Source of the DNA: Octopus sinensis | Lineage: Eukaryota | Direction: 5' to 3' | NCBI RefSeq assembly: GCF_006345805.1 | Contig: NC_043010.1 | Coordinates: 45,570,001 to 45,634,000, forward strand | DNA length: 64,000 bases | Shown here: positions 49,361 through 62,020 of the stretch, piece after piece | Position numbering within the stretch: the first letter of the stretch is position 1 | How the letters are laid out: each line of letters opens with the position of its first letter | Notes under the pieces: model-generated | Seen by the model: the letters and a program-made list of their open reading frames with translations, nothing else | Database searches by the model: none | Told to the model about the DNA's origin: nothing | Made by a program: the position numbers and the translations under genes

Positions 49361-52300
49361 AGAAAGAAAAAGGTTAAACTAATAATAACAAGAAAGGTAT
49401 ATAGAAGATGCACATAGCTTAATATTTCTTGGGGTTATAATGTTCTTATTTTCCTAAAGGCAATAGTGAGGTTATGAGAAAGAAATTGTTCCATCAGGGA
49501 ATTGCAACTCTAGATTACAAGCTCTGTTTACTGAGAATTTAATTCTGATTACCATTCTGTCCAAAAATATTGATACTTCATTTTCATACAGCTTGTTCTT
49601 TTAACCAGTGCATGTACTGCTATTCAAATTTACTCCTCTTATATGTTATAATTTAATCTCTTGTTGATTGCATTATTATTACTATAACATTGAAGAAAAT
49701 GTCTTGCAGAATCTCTCCTTATTCTCTGTGTTTTGAGTTCAGTTCACATTAAGGTCATCTTTGCTTTTCTTTCTTCTGTCAACCACTGGAGTTCATTTAG
49801 TTGACTTAGATGTTTCCCTCAATCTATCATATTTTGAGCCTTGCACCTATATCAAAAATTGTTGTTTAGCACCAGGTGAACTCCAAATGAGCAGACTAGT
49901 AATTAAAGGTGTTACACTCATGACTGCTGCTTATTTTCATAAATAGTATATATAGGATATTTCTTTATCTTTTTAAGATGATATTGAGTGGGTGAAGAGA
50001 AATTTGGGTGCTGTTTCTAGCAAATCAAGAGACGACATAAATGTTTGATCATTAACACATTCTACATCTTTTTCTGCTGCTTTCATGGATTCCCATGACT
50101 CTTTTGCCATCCAGTTCCATTATTTGAATTGGGAGCTTAAATCATAGTGAATCTTTCATTAGCTGATTACACTACCAAGGATGCCACTCCTATGGATGTG
50201 TTGCAGCTACTCTCTTGATAGAGCTTGGTGATCCTGACTGTTGATCTTCCTCTATTCAGCATCAATGTAAGAATCACCATTGGCTCAGTTGAGCTCTTCT
50301 GCTACCACTTCACAATTTGCCATGACTTCACCAGATCCCTGTCAGTGTGGCCAAATGGTTGCTACGCCTTCTAAAAGGGCAGCCCGTAACTAAGCAGGGT
50401 ACAGTTGTCATTCCATGAGGTATTTTCAAATACCTGTATACATTCTACTTACATTGGTATCTAATTAATACATTATCTTTGGTACATTCCTATATCTAAG
50501 TCATTAACGTGTTTCATTATTTAAATTTAAATTCTTACACATTCCTTTGAAATTAATTTTCCTTTTGTTTCATCCACATTGCTTTAAATGTTATTTATCT
50601 ATTTTTTTTTGTTTTTTTTTTAAGGTATAGTCACTAGCAACAAACACCACAGAGTAGACACTGTCAAACATCATAATCATTCCTATGAAATTGTTCAACC
50701 ACAAATTTACCACAAAGGACATTTAATTAAAAATACTTTTAATGAGGTAAGTTGATTATTATAAATTTATCTCTTTATTTTTTAAAATACATTCATTTTC
50801 TTTTAAATACCATTTGTTTTATCTGCTATTTGACACTTAAGTATGACATATCAACTAACTTGTTAAACTCCCCTTAATCAGTTAGCCGTCAATGCGTTAT
50901 TAGCACAATTAATTTCAATGAAAAGGCTAGCCATCCAAGGCAAAGTTTTGATGGACTATTGGATATTTATTAGGGTTGTGTGTTGTTCCCATATAAAACC
51001 AATTCACCATAGTAGCTTTTCAATCTGTTGCTGCTTGTGTTGACTGCCATTTCTAGCATTGAAAATCATCAGTAGTTGTTAAGGGTGTGTGTATATGTGC
51101 CAATGTTGCTGGACTGCATCATTGGTTGGTTAACAGAAAACTTTGTATAGTAATTTCACAACACTAAGCAAACATTTGAAAATAGATTTATTGCACTGCA
51201 TTAGTATGAAAAGATGTTCATGCATTACAATTAACATATAAAAGCAGTAAGATGAAAATTGCGTAATACAACATGCAAGGAAAAATGTCTGTTCAAAGTG
51301 TAGTGCTAGGGTGGTTTCAACATGATGCATATATACAGGTGTGGTATCATGTCTGTCTTGCGATTGCGTATAGTCATTGGAGTGACTGGCAAAGGAATGT
51401 GTGTTGGTAACATGTTCAAGAACACACAGGAATGGTGAGAGTAGAGAACATCATGCCCACTTTGATATCTGCAACACTCTGCAAATTTGGCACCTTTTAT
51501 GACTGTATTTATAGACTGTGCTTATGGAAAGTTCAAGATGAGCTAAAGAACTATCACATGAACAACAGCCACTGATTGGACAGAAACTTGGTTGCACACA
51601 TGATCAAACTACAGTCGAATTATGATTTGAAATTTGTATGTGGCAAACATGAATTCTAATCCTGCTGAACATCTTTAGAGAAAGGTGCAAGTAATATTTT
51701 TGTTACCTTCTCCAAATTCATGCAAGCAAATAAAACACTACAGTATGTATGTTACAGTAGTACCAATAGTTACTGTTATTGAATAAGCCCCCAGGTCAGC
51801 CCCAATTGAGCAAGCCTATTGTCAAAGGGGTTCTATCTATGACCATCTTATGACATTGACTAATGTATCTGTGATTGAAAAGAGGATTCAACTGCTATTT
51901 CTAGTATATCAAGCAAGTACTTAGAACACACCATGGGCAGCCTGTGCCCCACAGAACTTTCTCAGTTGTACACTTTCTGAAAAATTACCTTGAAATTTTT
52001 TTAGTAGTGTGGCCTGCCTAAATATGAGGCATGTCTCATGTGGCCCACTCCTCACAAAAGACCTTTTTTTCTTTCTTTTTGTTTGTATTTTGTTGTAAAT
52101 TTGGATGTTTGCATAGGACATGCCGAAACAGCTAATACCCATTCCAACGATAATATAATAGCCATTATGTGTTTTTAATTGTTGAATCCAAGTATGATAT
52201 GTTGTTAGTTATTGGTCATCAAATATTTTGTGTCAGAATGGTTATAAGGAGTGAATAAAATTTGTTGGTGTAGAGTTTGAAAAGCCAGATTAGTTAGTGT

Positions 52301-52774
52301 AAGCTAGTGCTGTTGTCATTTGTGGTCATATGAAGTGTGGCTGATGATAATAATACATAATATTCTTATTTGAGAGAGCAGAAACAGTGGTAAGAAACAG
52401 AAATAACTGCAAAAAGGTTTACTGAAGTAGAGTAAACTTAACAATAGAATAAATAGAACAGATAATGGGAGGGAAGATACAGTATGACAAAGGGCCAGTA
52501 TTTGAAGATAAGTTTCAATAGTGATAATAGTTTTGCTTGCAGCTGAGCCTTGAATAAGCATATAGATGCTCTATGGATTATATTCATTCATATGTCTTTT
52601 TGGTTTTTGGCTTAAATAAAATGATTTGGAGATTTGGTTACAATTTGGTGGGTTCTTTGTTGACTCTTAATAATTTATTGCAAGTGGGCGAGGATGGATA
52701 ATGCTTATTTATCAGGCTATTGGCATTTCACTGAATTGTCTCTAAAATTAAGAATTGAATATACCTGTCTGTCT

Positions 52775-52950
52775 TGTCATTGTTTTAATGTCCACTTTCG
52801 CATGCTCTCATGGGGTGGACGGAATTTATTGAGGCAGATTTTCTATGGCCTCATGCCCTTCCATTCATTAACCCTCACCTATTTCTAAGTAAGATAATAT
52901 CCTGCATGACTGGACATTTTTACAGAAGATTGGGAATGAAAGACACTGCT
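52775..52950 (-). mobile_element. RTE-tailed SINE-like repeat fragment
   Basis: Shared with 39010-39330; it supplies the spurious N-terminal part of ORF 52810-53175. Confidence 0.65.
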
Positions 52951-52954
52951 TGCA

Positions 52955-53252
52955 TGATCAAAGTAAAGAGGCACAGATGGAGGAAGCAGGTTAAAGAGGG
53001 GATCGACACTTTTGAGAGAGCACGTATCCAGCATGAAGAACTTAAGCGAGCTGCACGAAAGCGCACAGCTTGTATAGTGAATGGGGAAAGCTTGGTCTGC
53101 AATGTTTGCAGTCGTATATGCTTGTCAAGAGCAGGGCTCATTAGCCACCAATGGAGCTGCAAATGCAAAATATAAGTTAGTCCTAGAGCGCACAATGTTC
53201 CTGGAGGTCGGCAATGATCTTCCTCGGTCACGAGTGGACGGCCATCATCATC
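52955..53252 (+). mobile_element. RTE-BovB-like LINE 3' end with (CAT)n tail
   Basis: WRKQVKEGIDTFERARIQHEELKRAARK..CNVCSRICLSRAGLISHQWSC (C2H2-like C-terminus), short 3' UTR and a (CAT)n tail. Confidence 0.85.
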
Positions 53253-53258
53253 ATCATC

Positions 53259-53293
<35 letters not shown>

Positions 53294-54357
53294 TATATAT
53301 ATACATGCATATGTATGTATGTATGTGCCTTACTTGGTGGTACATCATCACAGATTTCACAGGAGTTAGGTATATAACTTTGTAGTCAGAACAATAGTTG
53401 AATTCAAAGACCTGAAACTAAGGGTCACTCTTGCAATAGCATTTGTGATAGAAAATTCCATTAAAACTTGTTTTTGTACCAGTTGATCATCACTTGTAAT
53501 ATGTGTGTATAAACTGTGAATCATAGGCATACATTCAATAAGCATAGAATCAACTTTGCTGTCTAAACAAGACTTGGGATTTCATCAGGAGCTCTATTTC
53601 CTGTAGAACAATACACACTCACTTTAATTGAATGTTTACTGACATCACAGACACATCATTGTCATTGTAACATTACAAAGACAGGATTTCCTATTTGAGA
53701 AATAGGAAATTTTGAACATTTCTAACACTTGAATCCTGTAAACTTACCTAAAAGTCTACACCCATCAGAGACAAAAAAAAAAAAAATGCTAATCAATAAA
53801 TCCTGTTCAGTCTGCTACTTGGGTTTTCATATAACCCAGTCATCTGGTGATTCAGTGACCCTGTATAAATGTCTGTTGCATAGTATAATTTTTACCTACG
53901 CCTGTAGGCATATATAAGTGTACACGGTTGGTATGTTTGTAGACAATTCAGTTGCAATGTATAAACATCAAAAATAATATCCATTTCTTTGCAGAGCATA
54001 GTTTCAATCTGCAGACCAGGATTATGATCCCATCATATTTCCATTGAGTCATTCTACTCAACAAGTGACTAAGAAAGTAATATATAATGCATTAGGTGTT
54101 CTATTGTCTGTTCTGAGTTACTTTACTTCTATTACATCATCCATCCTATGTTATTTATTTATTTATTTATTTCTCTGCATTGAACAATGTCACATGTACA
54201 AAATATAGCCACTACACAATACATGTTGCATATTAATTTATATTCTAAAAGGTGACATTTCACTCTACTGATACTCTGTTAGTCACATTTGACAAACTAC
54301 ATGCATAGATCTATGCATTGCAAAATTTTTCTGGGCATCTCTTCATTTAGTATTCTC

Positions 54358-55821
54358 CAGGGCCAGCCTTAGGAGGTATGGGGCCTAGTTAGGTAATGAA
54401 GAATTTCCAAGGGTCCACCTTACCCCACACTCCTCTGATTTCTATGGAAAAAATCATTTGTAGCATATTATGAGATGAGATTAGTTGATAGCACAAGAAA
54501 AAAAAAATGAGGCAAAAACATTATTTCCCACCAAAATCGAGTTCGGTGTTAAACTATAAATTTACTGAAAATTTGCACCATCACGAAGCAAAACTACATC
54601 TAAACTACACTTTTTAAAAAATATTCTGTAAAAAAATTTGAAAAAAATTTAACAAGATCCCAAAGAAACTTATATCTGTTGCATGATGTTATGCTAAAAA
54701 AGATATACCTAAAAAGCAAATTAGTAATTAGAATTTTTTGGAAGCTGGTCACATACTTATATTTTTTTATAACCTCTGTTGTAGAAAACACAGTCCTGTC
54801 TGTGTGGTGAGAAGACTGTTTCTTAGCTATATGGTTCCACTGTGTGACATCAAATGTATCCTATTATATCCCCATGTGTGTGTGTAGCTGTGTGTTTGTG
54901 CTTGTCCAAAAACCTGAATGAGTGTCATTGCAAAGAGATTTTCTCTTTTGAACAAGAAATTTTTCTCACCTCCCCATCTCTCTCTCACTGCATATACACA
55001 TGCAGCTGCATATGTGTATGTATACAATTCACCACACACTAAAAAATACATATATGTACAATCATACACATACAAACCTAAACATACGTACACATACATT
55101 CACACAAATACAAAGGCCTCAAACAAACCAAACCACTATGAAAAATAATTGAACTTTTAACCTTTGTTTAACCATGTCTCTTTGACAGAAATTCCTGTGG
55201 CCAAAGTACTGAGCAATGAATTCTTTTACACACACACATTTAGCCTTTTGCTTCTATCATTTTTGTTTTATTTTTTGCTTTCTTTAATACACATACACAC
55301 ACACACATATATATATATACATACACACACACGTATACACGTACATGCACAACCATACGTACACTTTTTTTTTCTGTAGTTTCAGCTCAGAGCTGCAGCC
55401 ATGCTAATGCACCACTGTTAGCTGCGGCCATGCTGATGCAACAATTCACCATACACTGAAACAACCACATAGGTACTCTCTACTTGCACAAATATTTTAC
55501 CCAAACATGCCCATAAGCACTTCCAAACATTCACATACATGCATACATACAATTGACCTTTACACTAAAAATATAAACACGGCTGACCCAAGCAACTTTG
55601 GATCGCTGACCCAAGCAACTTTGGATGAATGGGTTTATCTTTTGGTATCTTGTGTTGCTAAAGCGTAGAAAGTATGTTTTTTGTTAAAGAGCATTTTTAT
55701 GTAGATTTTTTTTTTACTTCTGGGAGAACACCTTCATGAAATGTTGTATAGGATGTGGCCTCCTTGAGTGTGTGGGACCCTATTGGGAGCAATTGGTCCA
55801 ATCAGCTTAAGGCCAGCCCTG
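54358..55821. mobile_element. Non-autonomous hAT-superfamily element (1464 bp) with intact 8-bp TSD
   Basis: TIRs CAGGGCCAGCCTTAGG / CTTAAGGCCAGCCCTG; identical flanking GTATTCTC at 54350-54357 and 55822-55829. Confidence 0.9.
55582..55626. repeat. Perfect 22-bp tandem duplication
   Basis: GCTGACCCAAGCAACTTTGGAT at 55582-55603 and 55605-55626. Confidence 0.95.
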
Positions 55822-56845
55822 GTATTCTCAAATCAGCTAGAAGCTAATCAGTTCTATGTTTTCCCGTTGTTATACTAGCAAGCAAACTTGCTAGTATAAA
55901 TATTGTTGAGAAATAAAATACAAAATGTGATAGATTAGTTCACAATCATTATCATTCCCCAAAACTGGCTCAACAAAAGGCTATATTCCCTTACTTCTTC
56001 TTCTATTACTCCTCAACCTCTGTTTCACAATTTCTAACAATAGGAATTCTAACTACAAACTAATTGTACTGGTATAGTGATGAACAGCCTTAAAACATCA
56101 TTACTAAAATAGTGTCTACCTGGAATTTCTACTCTTCATCTATTTACAACTATTCAGTGGTAAAATTAATACTAGCATACTAAATGTTGTGAGCTGAAAA
56201 ATTTTGATTAATTAAAGTTATTCCCATGGTGAGAAAAAACAAAAACCATTAGCTTGATTATGTAGTCAATAAATGCAATGGAGATAACTCCGAAATTTAA
56301 ATTAAAAGTAATTGAAAAATAGAATGTACATTTGCAGTGGGGAATGGGTCTAGTCATACAGTAGTGCTAATAAATATATTCTTATCATGTTTACTACTAT
56401 TTTAGACTATTTAGAATGTATATGTTTGTGATGGTGTCAACAAAAGTTAAATCTGTTGATTGTATATGTTGTTCAAGAGAAGAGAGGATGTTGTGTTGAT
56501 GTTTTATTTCCACATATTTCAGTGTTTGTTTCATTGCTGTTGATTTACATTAAACTGTTAAGACCTCTACACTCAGTGGTGTGCTAGCACGAACATGAGT
56601 TTGCATGCAAAGAAATCAGAAAGTAATGCAAAGTGGTAATATTGGTGTAGAAGTATATGTAGTTGAAGGGTGGTGGTGAGTGTGTACATCATTAATAAGC
56701 TTCCTATTAGTTTCTTAATTTCTGTTGTGATTTACACAAAGATTTTAATTTCTGTTATATATAAAACTGATAGGTTAAAGAAGATACATAACTGTGCATC
56801 ATCTTTACTACAAGAAGTAGCATAGGTGAAACGAATTAACATTAT

Positions 56846-57011
56846 AGGTGCAGGTGTGGCTGTGTGGTAAAAAGCTTGCTTCCCAACCACATGGTTCCAA
56901 GTTTGGTCCCACTGCATGGTACCTTGGGCAAGTGTCTTCCAATATAGCCTCAGGCTGCCCAAGCTTTGTTGGTAGATTTAGTAGATGAAAACTGAAAGAA
57001 GTCTGTTGTAT

Positions 57012-57048
<37 letters not shown>

Positions 57049-57282
57049 CAAGACACAGCTATGTGTGTCTTTCTGTCTGTTTGTCCCTCGCCATCACTTA
57101 ACAACTGATATCATGTTTATGTCCCCGTAACTTAGCAGTTTGGCAAGAGAGTCTGATAAAGTACCAGGTTTAAAAAAATAAGTACTGGGGTTGATTCATT
57201 CGACCAAAAATTCTTCCAGGTGGTGCTCCATCATGGCCATAGTCTGATGACCAAAACAAGTAAAAGATAGAAGATAAAAGAT
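56846..57282 (+). mobile_element. S1 SINE, full length, with a central (CA)n(TA)n tract
   Basis: S1 head, CORE-like segment and tail are present. Confidence 0.9.
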
Positions 57283-58198
57283 TTGCTTTAAGAAGTAATA
57301 TCTGTAATGTCTGTATTTTATATAGTTGCTTACAAGATTAATCCATCTCAATATCTCATTAGATATTACAGATGCATTTTTTTTAATGAGGTTAAATCTA
57401 TAAATTTGAATCAAAGTATTTTAACTCAGTGTTTATTGTCTGACCCAATATTTGTAGTCTGGTGCAGAATTTCACCTGCAGGAATAGAGTGAAATTGATT
57501 AAGATTTTCTTTCTCTTTCATTTTCTATCCTTTCATTCTCCTCTCTCATACAAACATTCTCTCTCTTTCATTCTCCTCTCTCATACAAACATACACACAA
57601 TAATAAATTTTAAAAGTAATTTATGACAGTTCAATTAAAAATATTCAATACAGCTTTTAGATTTAAATACGTTTGCATGTTTGTCATTGTCAACGTCATC
57701 ATAATCATCCTCACCAAATATATTGAGACACACATAAATACATTTACACTGTTGTTAGTTGTAAAACACCACTATCTTTAAATATTAAATTATCCAACAA
57801 CAATACCAACATTAGAAAGCTAAGTAGAATTATATTTTAATTAGAAATCGCAATAATTCACTGACAGTTTATGAACTTCTGATTTTTGTGTTTTGCATGC
57901 TAACATCTGATACTTTAGTCTATAGATATAAATTATAACTAATTCATTCATTTTCATTTGTGTTTGTCTGTTTTACAATATTATTATGAGTTATTGAGGC
58001 ATTGTTTTACAGTTGATACTCTTCCTGTCATTAATCCTTGTTTCTTTTTCTAAGTAAGGGATCTATTATGTCACATATCTTCAAAGACTCAAAGTGAATA
58101 ATTTGTTGACAGGAGAAATAATATCAACACTTGCAACTCGTGGTTTATAGAGAAGTACAAATGTTAGCTTATACATGTGTGCATGCACACAGACACAC

Positions 58199-58305
58199 GG
58201 TTTTGAGTTTCCTTCTATCAAATCCACTCAGAACACATTAAGACACTTGCCATGGTGTTGCAAAGTGGGGCTGAACTGAAAACCATGTTGCTGGGGAATA
58301 AACTT
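58199..58305 (-). mobile_element. S1 SINE head fragment
   Basis: CAAATCCACTCA..GACACTTGCCATGGTG. Confidence 0.7.
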
Positions 58306-59482
58306 TTTGTAGCCAGATACCCATGCAAGTCCCAGACTAACTAAATCAATGTTTATAATTTACTTGCAAAACCTTTCTCTTTCAATGTTAATTCAGTTCT
58401 TGTAATTTTCCTTATTGACTTCAGTTGAATGAACTTTCCATAGAAAATAAAAAAACAAACACACACACCAAAAGAAACAAAAAAGCATTCTATTATTGAG
58501 TATGATAAAAATAAAATTAAGCAAAGGTGAGCTTGCAGCAAGCTCAGTCCATAACTCCATTTTTATAACTATTTGAAGCCATTGCACTTCACTTATCCCA
58601 TTAATGGTTCTTAGAAACAGTATCAAATGACTGTTGCACTATGCCTTGTTTTCCTTGTTTTAAAGCTGAAGCCTTGTGACAGTGTAATAAATCAGAATTA
58701 TCAATGTGGAACTCTCTTAACAACAAAGAAAACTTGCTCCAGTTTGAACTTACTTTAATAATTCAGTGTTATTTATTAATCGAATGTCTCTTAAATATAT
58801 GCTTTAATGATGCAGGCATACAAAGTGGTCTTTGATACTGGAAAGAGCAGATTATGAAAGCATTATATAATGATTATAAACAAAAACTTGTAAATAGAAC
58901 AGAAAATATCTTAAGGTGACACAACTGAAGAGGCCAGCTATAAAAGTAAAATCAGAATATGTATTCATATATATATAGAGAGAGAGAGGCAAACAGGAAG
59001 ATAAAAGGTGGTAAATACACTAAGGGTTTTGAGTTTCAACATAGAGCTGTTAAATTCCAACTTGAAATTTGATAGAAGTTGCTTATCTTTAGTATATATA
59101 GTAGCATATCAATATAAAACACAGTTGCATAGTTTGTTGCTTTTTTAAGAATACTTTTTTTTTCATATATATAATCAGAAAATTATTTCTGGTTTCTGTG
59201 ACCCATGCAGGTTATGAAAATAGCTGTGTATATTGTATAAGTGCAAAAGCACTTATTCAGTATATTAAATATGTGTGTGTGTGTGTGTGTCTTGTTAGGT
59301 CAGACATTTTTGAAACTTTAGCTGTAAGTTGGTCTAAACTCCTATTTCTAAAGTCAATATCCATGCTCATATCTAAGTAAGAATTAAGAATCTTTTCACT
59401 AGTCCTTATTATGTCTATGACTGGATTTAAGAAACTTCTATCCACATTCACTTCTAATTCAATTGTTGTTGTCGGTTTTGTT

Positions 59483-59695
59483 AAGGTGGCAAACCGGCAG
59501 AGTCGTTAGCATGTGGGGCAAAATGTGTAACAGTATTTTCCCTTCTTAACATTCTGAGTTCAAATTCTGCTGCAGTCAGCTTTCCCTTTCATCTTTTTGT
59601 GGTTGATGAAAGAAGTACCAGTTGAACACTTGGCTAGATGTAATTGATTAGGCTCCTCCCTAAAAATTTTATGGCTTCTACCCATAGAAGAAAGG

Positions 59696-59698
<3 letters not shown>
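59483..59698 (+). mobile_element. S2 Meta-domain-type SINE followed by (ATTT)n
   Basis: AAGGTGGCAAACCGGCAGAGTCGTTAGC head, CTGAGTTCAAATTC and CCCTTTCATC..AAGTACCAG core. Confidence 0.8.
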
Positions 59699-59726
<28 letters not shown>

Positions 59727-59782
59727 TGCTGTTTTCATAAAAAAAAAAGAAAACAAAATCCATCTGTATGAATCCAAGATGT

Positions 59783-60010
59783 TTAACCATTTGCAGACTG
59801 GTTTAGTACTGATAGTCTGTGCTGTGTACTGGTATTAGGCTGTTCTGTGACTACATAATTTTTCATACAAGGAATTTTACAATGTATTTACAGATTCTTC
59901 TGAGTGTGGCATATTTGAAAACATTGTGCTGCACAGAGCAAGACATTGCTCTGCTCACACACACAGTGTTTCGATGTGGTCAGTACCACTACCTGTCTGC
60001 GAAGGGTTAA
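59783..60010. mobile_element. piggyBac-type MITE, family P2
   Basis: TTAACCATTTGCAGACTGGT..GTACTGA matches the reverse complement of the right end (TTAACCCTTCGCAGACAGGT..GTACTGA). Confidence 0.75.
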
Positions 60011-60044
60011 TATTCACTTGCAATAATGAATGTTTATCAAGATA

Positions 60045-60202
60045 TTCTTTTACTTGTTTCAGTCATTTGACTGTGGTCATGCTGGAGCACCACCTTTAGT
60101 TGAGCAAATCGACCCCAGGACTTATTCTTTGTAAGCCTAGTACTTATTCTATCGGTCTTTTTTGCTGAACTGCTAAGTTACGGGGACGTAAACACACCAG
60201 CA

Positions 60203-60243
<41 letters not shown>

Positions 60244-60433
60244 TAGATAGATACACACATACATATATACGATGGGCTTCTTTCAATTTCTGTCTACCAA
60301 ATCCACTCACAAGGCTTTGGTCATCTTAAGGCTATAGTAGAAGACACTTGCCCAAGGTGCCACACAGTGGGACTGAACCCGGACCATGTGGTTTGTAAGC
60401 AAGCTACTTACCACACAGCCACTCCTAAGCCTA
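60045..60433 (-). mobile_element. S1 SINE, well preserved
   Basis: Reverse complement is nearly collinear with 48945-49360. Confidence 0.93.
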
Positions 60434-61909
60434 TATCTAAAATATTTTGAAAGAAATTATTACCCACCTGAGAATTGTTACTTAATTCTTGATCAGCCAT
60501 TATCAAACAAGCTTATGATCGATGGCAACCCTTACTGTGACCATCACTTTCTTTTTTTATAGGCAGTGGATCAATCCAGTGTGTTCCTCCAATTGAAGGC
60601 ATTAGGGTATATAATATGAGGATTGTGTGACTGCTATTTCTAACAGGATGATTAACCACAATAATGATTGTTAATTGACTTGTCTGAGAGAGTAACATAA
60701 ACTTGAGGAGTAAAATCTATTCAATAAGTGAGATATTAAATGTTATAGAAAACATAAAATAAAATGTTTTAAGAGTCTATTTATGAGAATTTCTATGTTC
60801 TTATTCGTTATCACTGCAGATTTATTACCATTGTTTTCTAATTAGAGCAGTCTCTTTTATGAATTGTGTAATTGTCTAATTATCATGAAGTATGCATACA
60901 AAAGTATAGATTATTGAAATGTGTATGTATGTATGTGTGTGTGCGTACATACACATTCACAAAACAATGGAACATGTTTTAAAAGCTTTCTTTTCTGTGA
61001 ATACTCAATATTCATAACCAAGTACCTTTTCACTCATTGATCAATACATTAATATATATATATATACATATATATATATAATATTAATGTTGTGTGTATG
61101 AGAGAGTATACAAACACAATACACATATAAGTTGGTTTCACTAAAATATCCTGAGGAGAATAATTGTAACCAAATTAATTTCCCTAATTGATATGAAAGG
61201 CAATGGAACAAAAACTATGTTAATGTATATAATTGGCAGATGATAAATACCATTTCTTTACAAGGTCTGTGTAGCTGGTTATAGGTAGAAATGTTTATTG
61301 CTTGCTTTGTGAACTTTCCTGATATCTTTTGGCCTAAACTTATTGACCTTTGCAGGACAAGATTAAAGGCTTTGTATAACAATTTGCCTCACACTTTTAT
61401 CATAAATTCACACTGATTAGTTAAAATCAAATGCCTCAGGTTGATATAACTGCCAATTATATGTAAGTCATTTGACAATTTGAAGAATTGGTGGATCTTT
61501 AATTAAATGTTATAGATAATGTAAAGTTCATTTGCAGAGTTAGAGTGAAATGGGATTCAGGTGAGCTATAGACAATTTGCTGAACAATTATAGTTGATTA
61601 GTAATAATCCAAGTCTAGTTAAGTTTTCTTACCACACAGCCATGCCTTTATCTCCAATAGAAATATAATCTTACTTGTCATTACTTAGTAGCATTTGTCA
61701 GTTCTGTTAGTATAGGCATATAATACTGAGTTAACTAATTAACCATTTTGCTGCTATATTTCTACCTTTATTTCAATTAATTTTTAAAATAATAAAGAAT
61801 TTAGAAAAATAACTTTTGTAATTATTAAGCTGGCTTTGGGAAATTTGTTGTAGAGTTTTAATTCAAATCTCTTTTAAACATGAAGTTTATGTATAGAATC
61901 AAGGGCCAT

Positions 61910-62020
61910 CTCTGGAGGTTCTAGGTTCAGTCAAAACTGCATGGCCCCTTGGGCAAGTGTTTTCTACTGTAGCCCTAGACCAAACAACGCATTGTTAGTG
62001 GATTTGGTAGAAAAAAAACC
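61910..62020 (+). mobile_element. S1 SINE head fragment
   Basis: GGTTCAGTC..CCCTTGGGCAAGTGTTTTCTACTGTAGCC..GTGGATTTGGTAGA. Confidence 0.7.

Noticed and set aside
51330-51760. Tc1-like remnant (TACAGGTGTG start, NSNPAEHL* resembling the NPIEHLW motif)
   Set aside because: There is no matching second TIR and the similarity is too weak to support a call.
52810-53175. 121-aa ORF as a host gene
   Set aside because: It is chimeric: the first ~48 codons are an antisense SINE-like repeat and the rest is a LINE C-terminus.
58528-58546. TGAGCTTGC-A-GCAAGCTCA palindrome
   Set aside because: About one such 9-bp-arm palindrome is expected by chance in a window this size.
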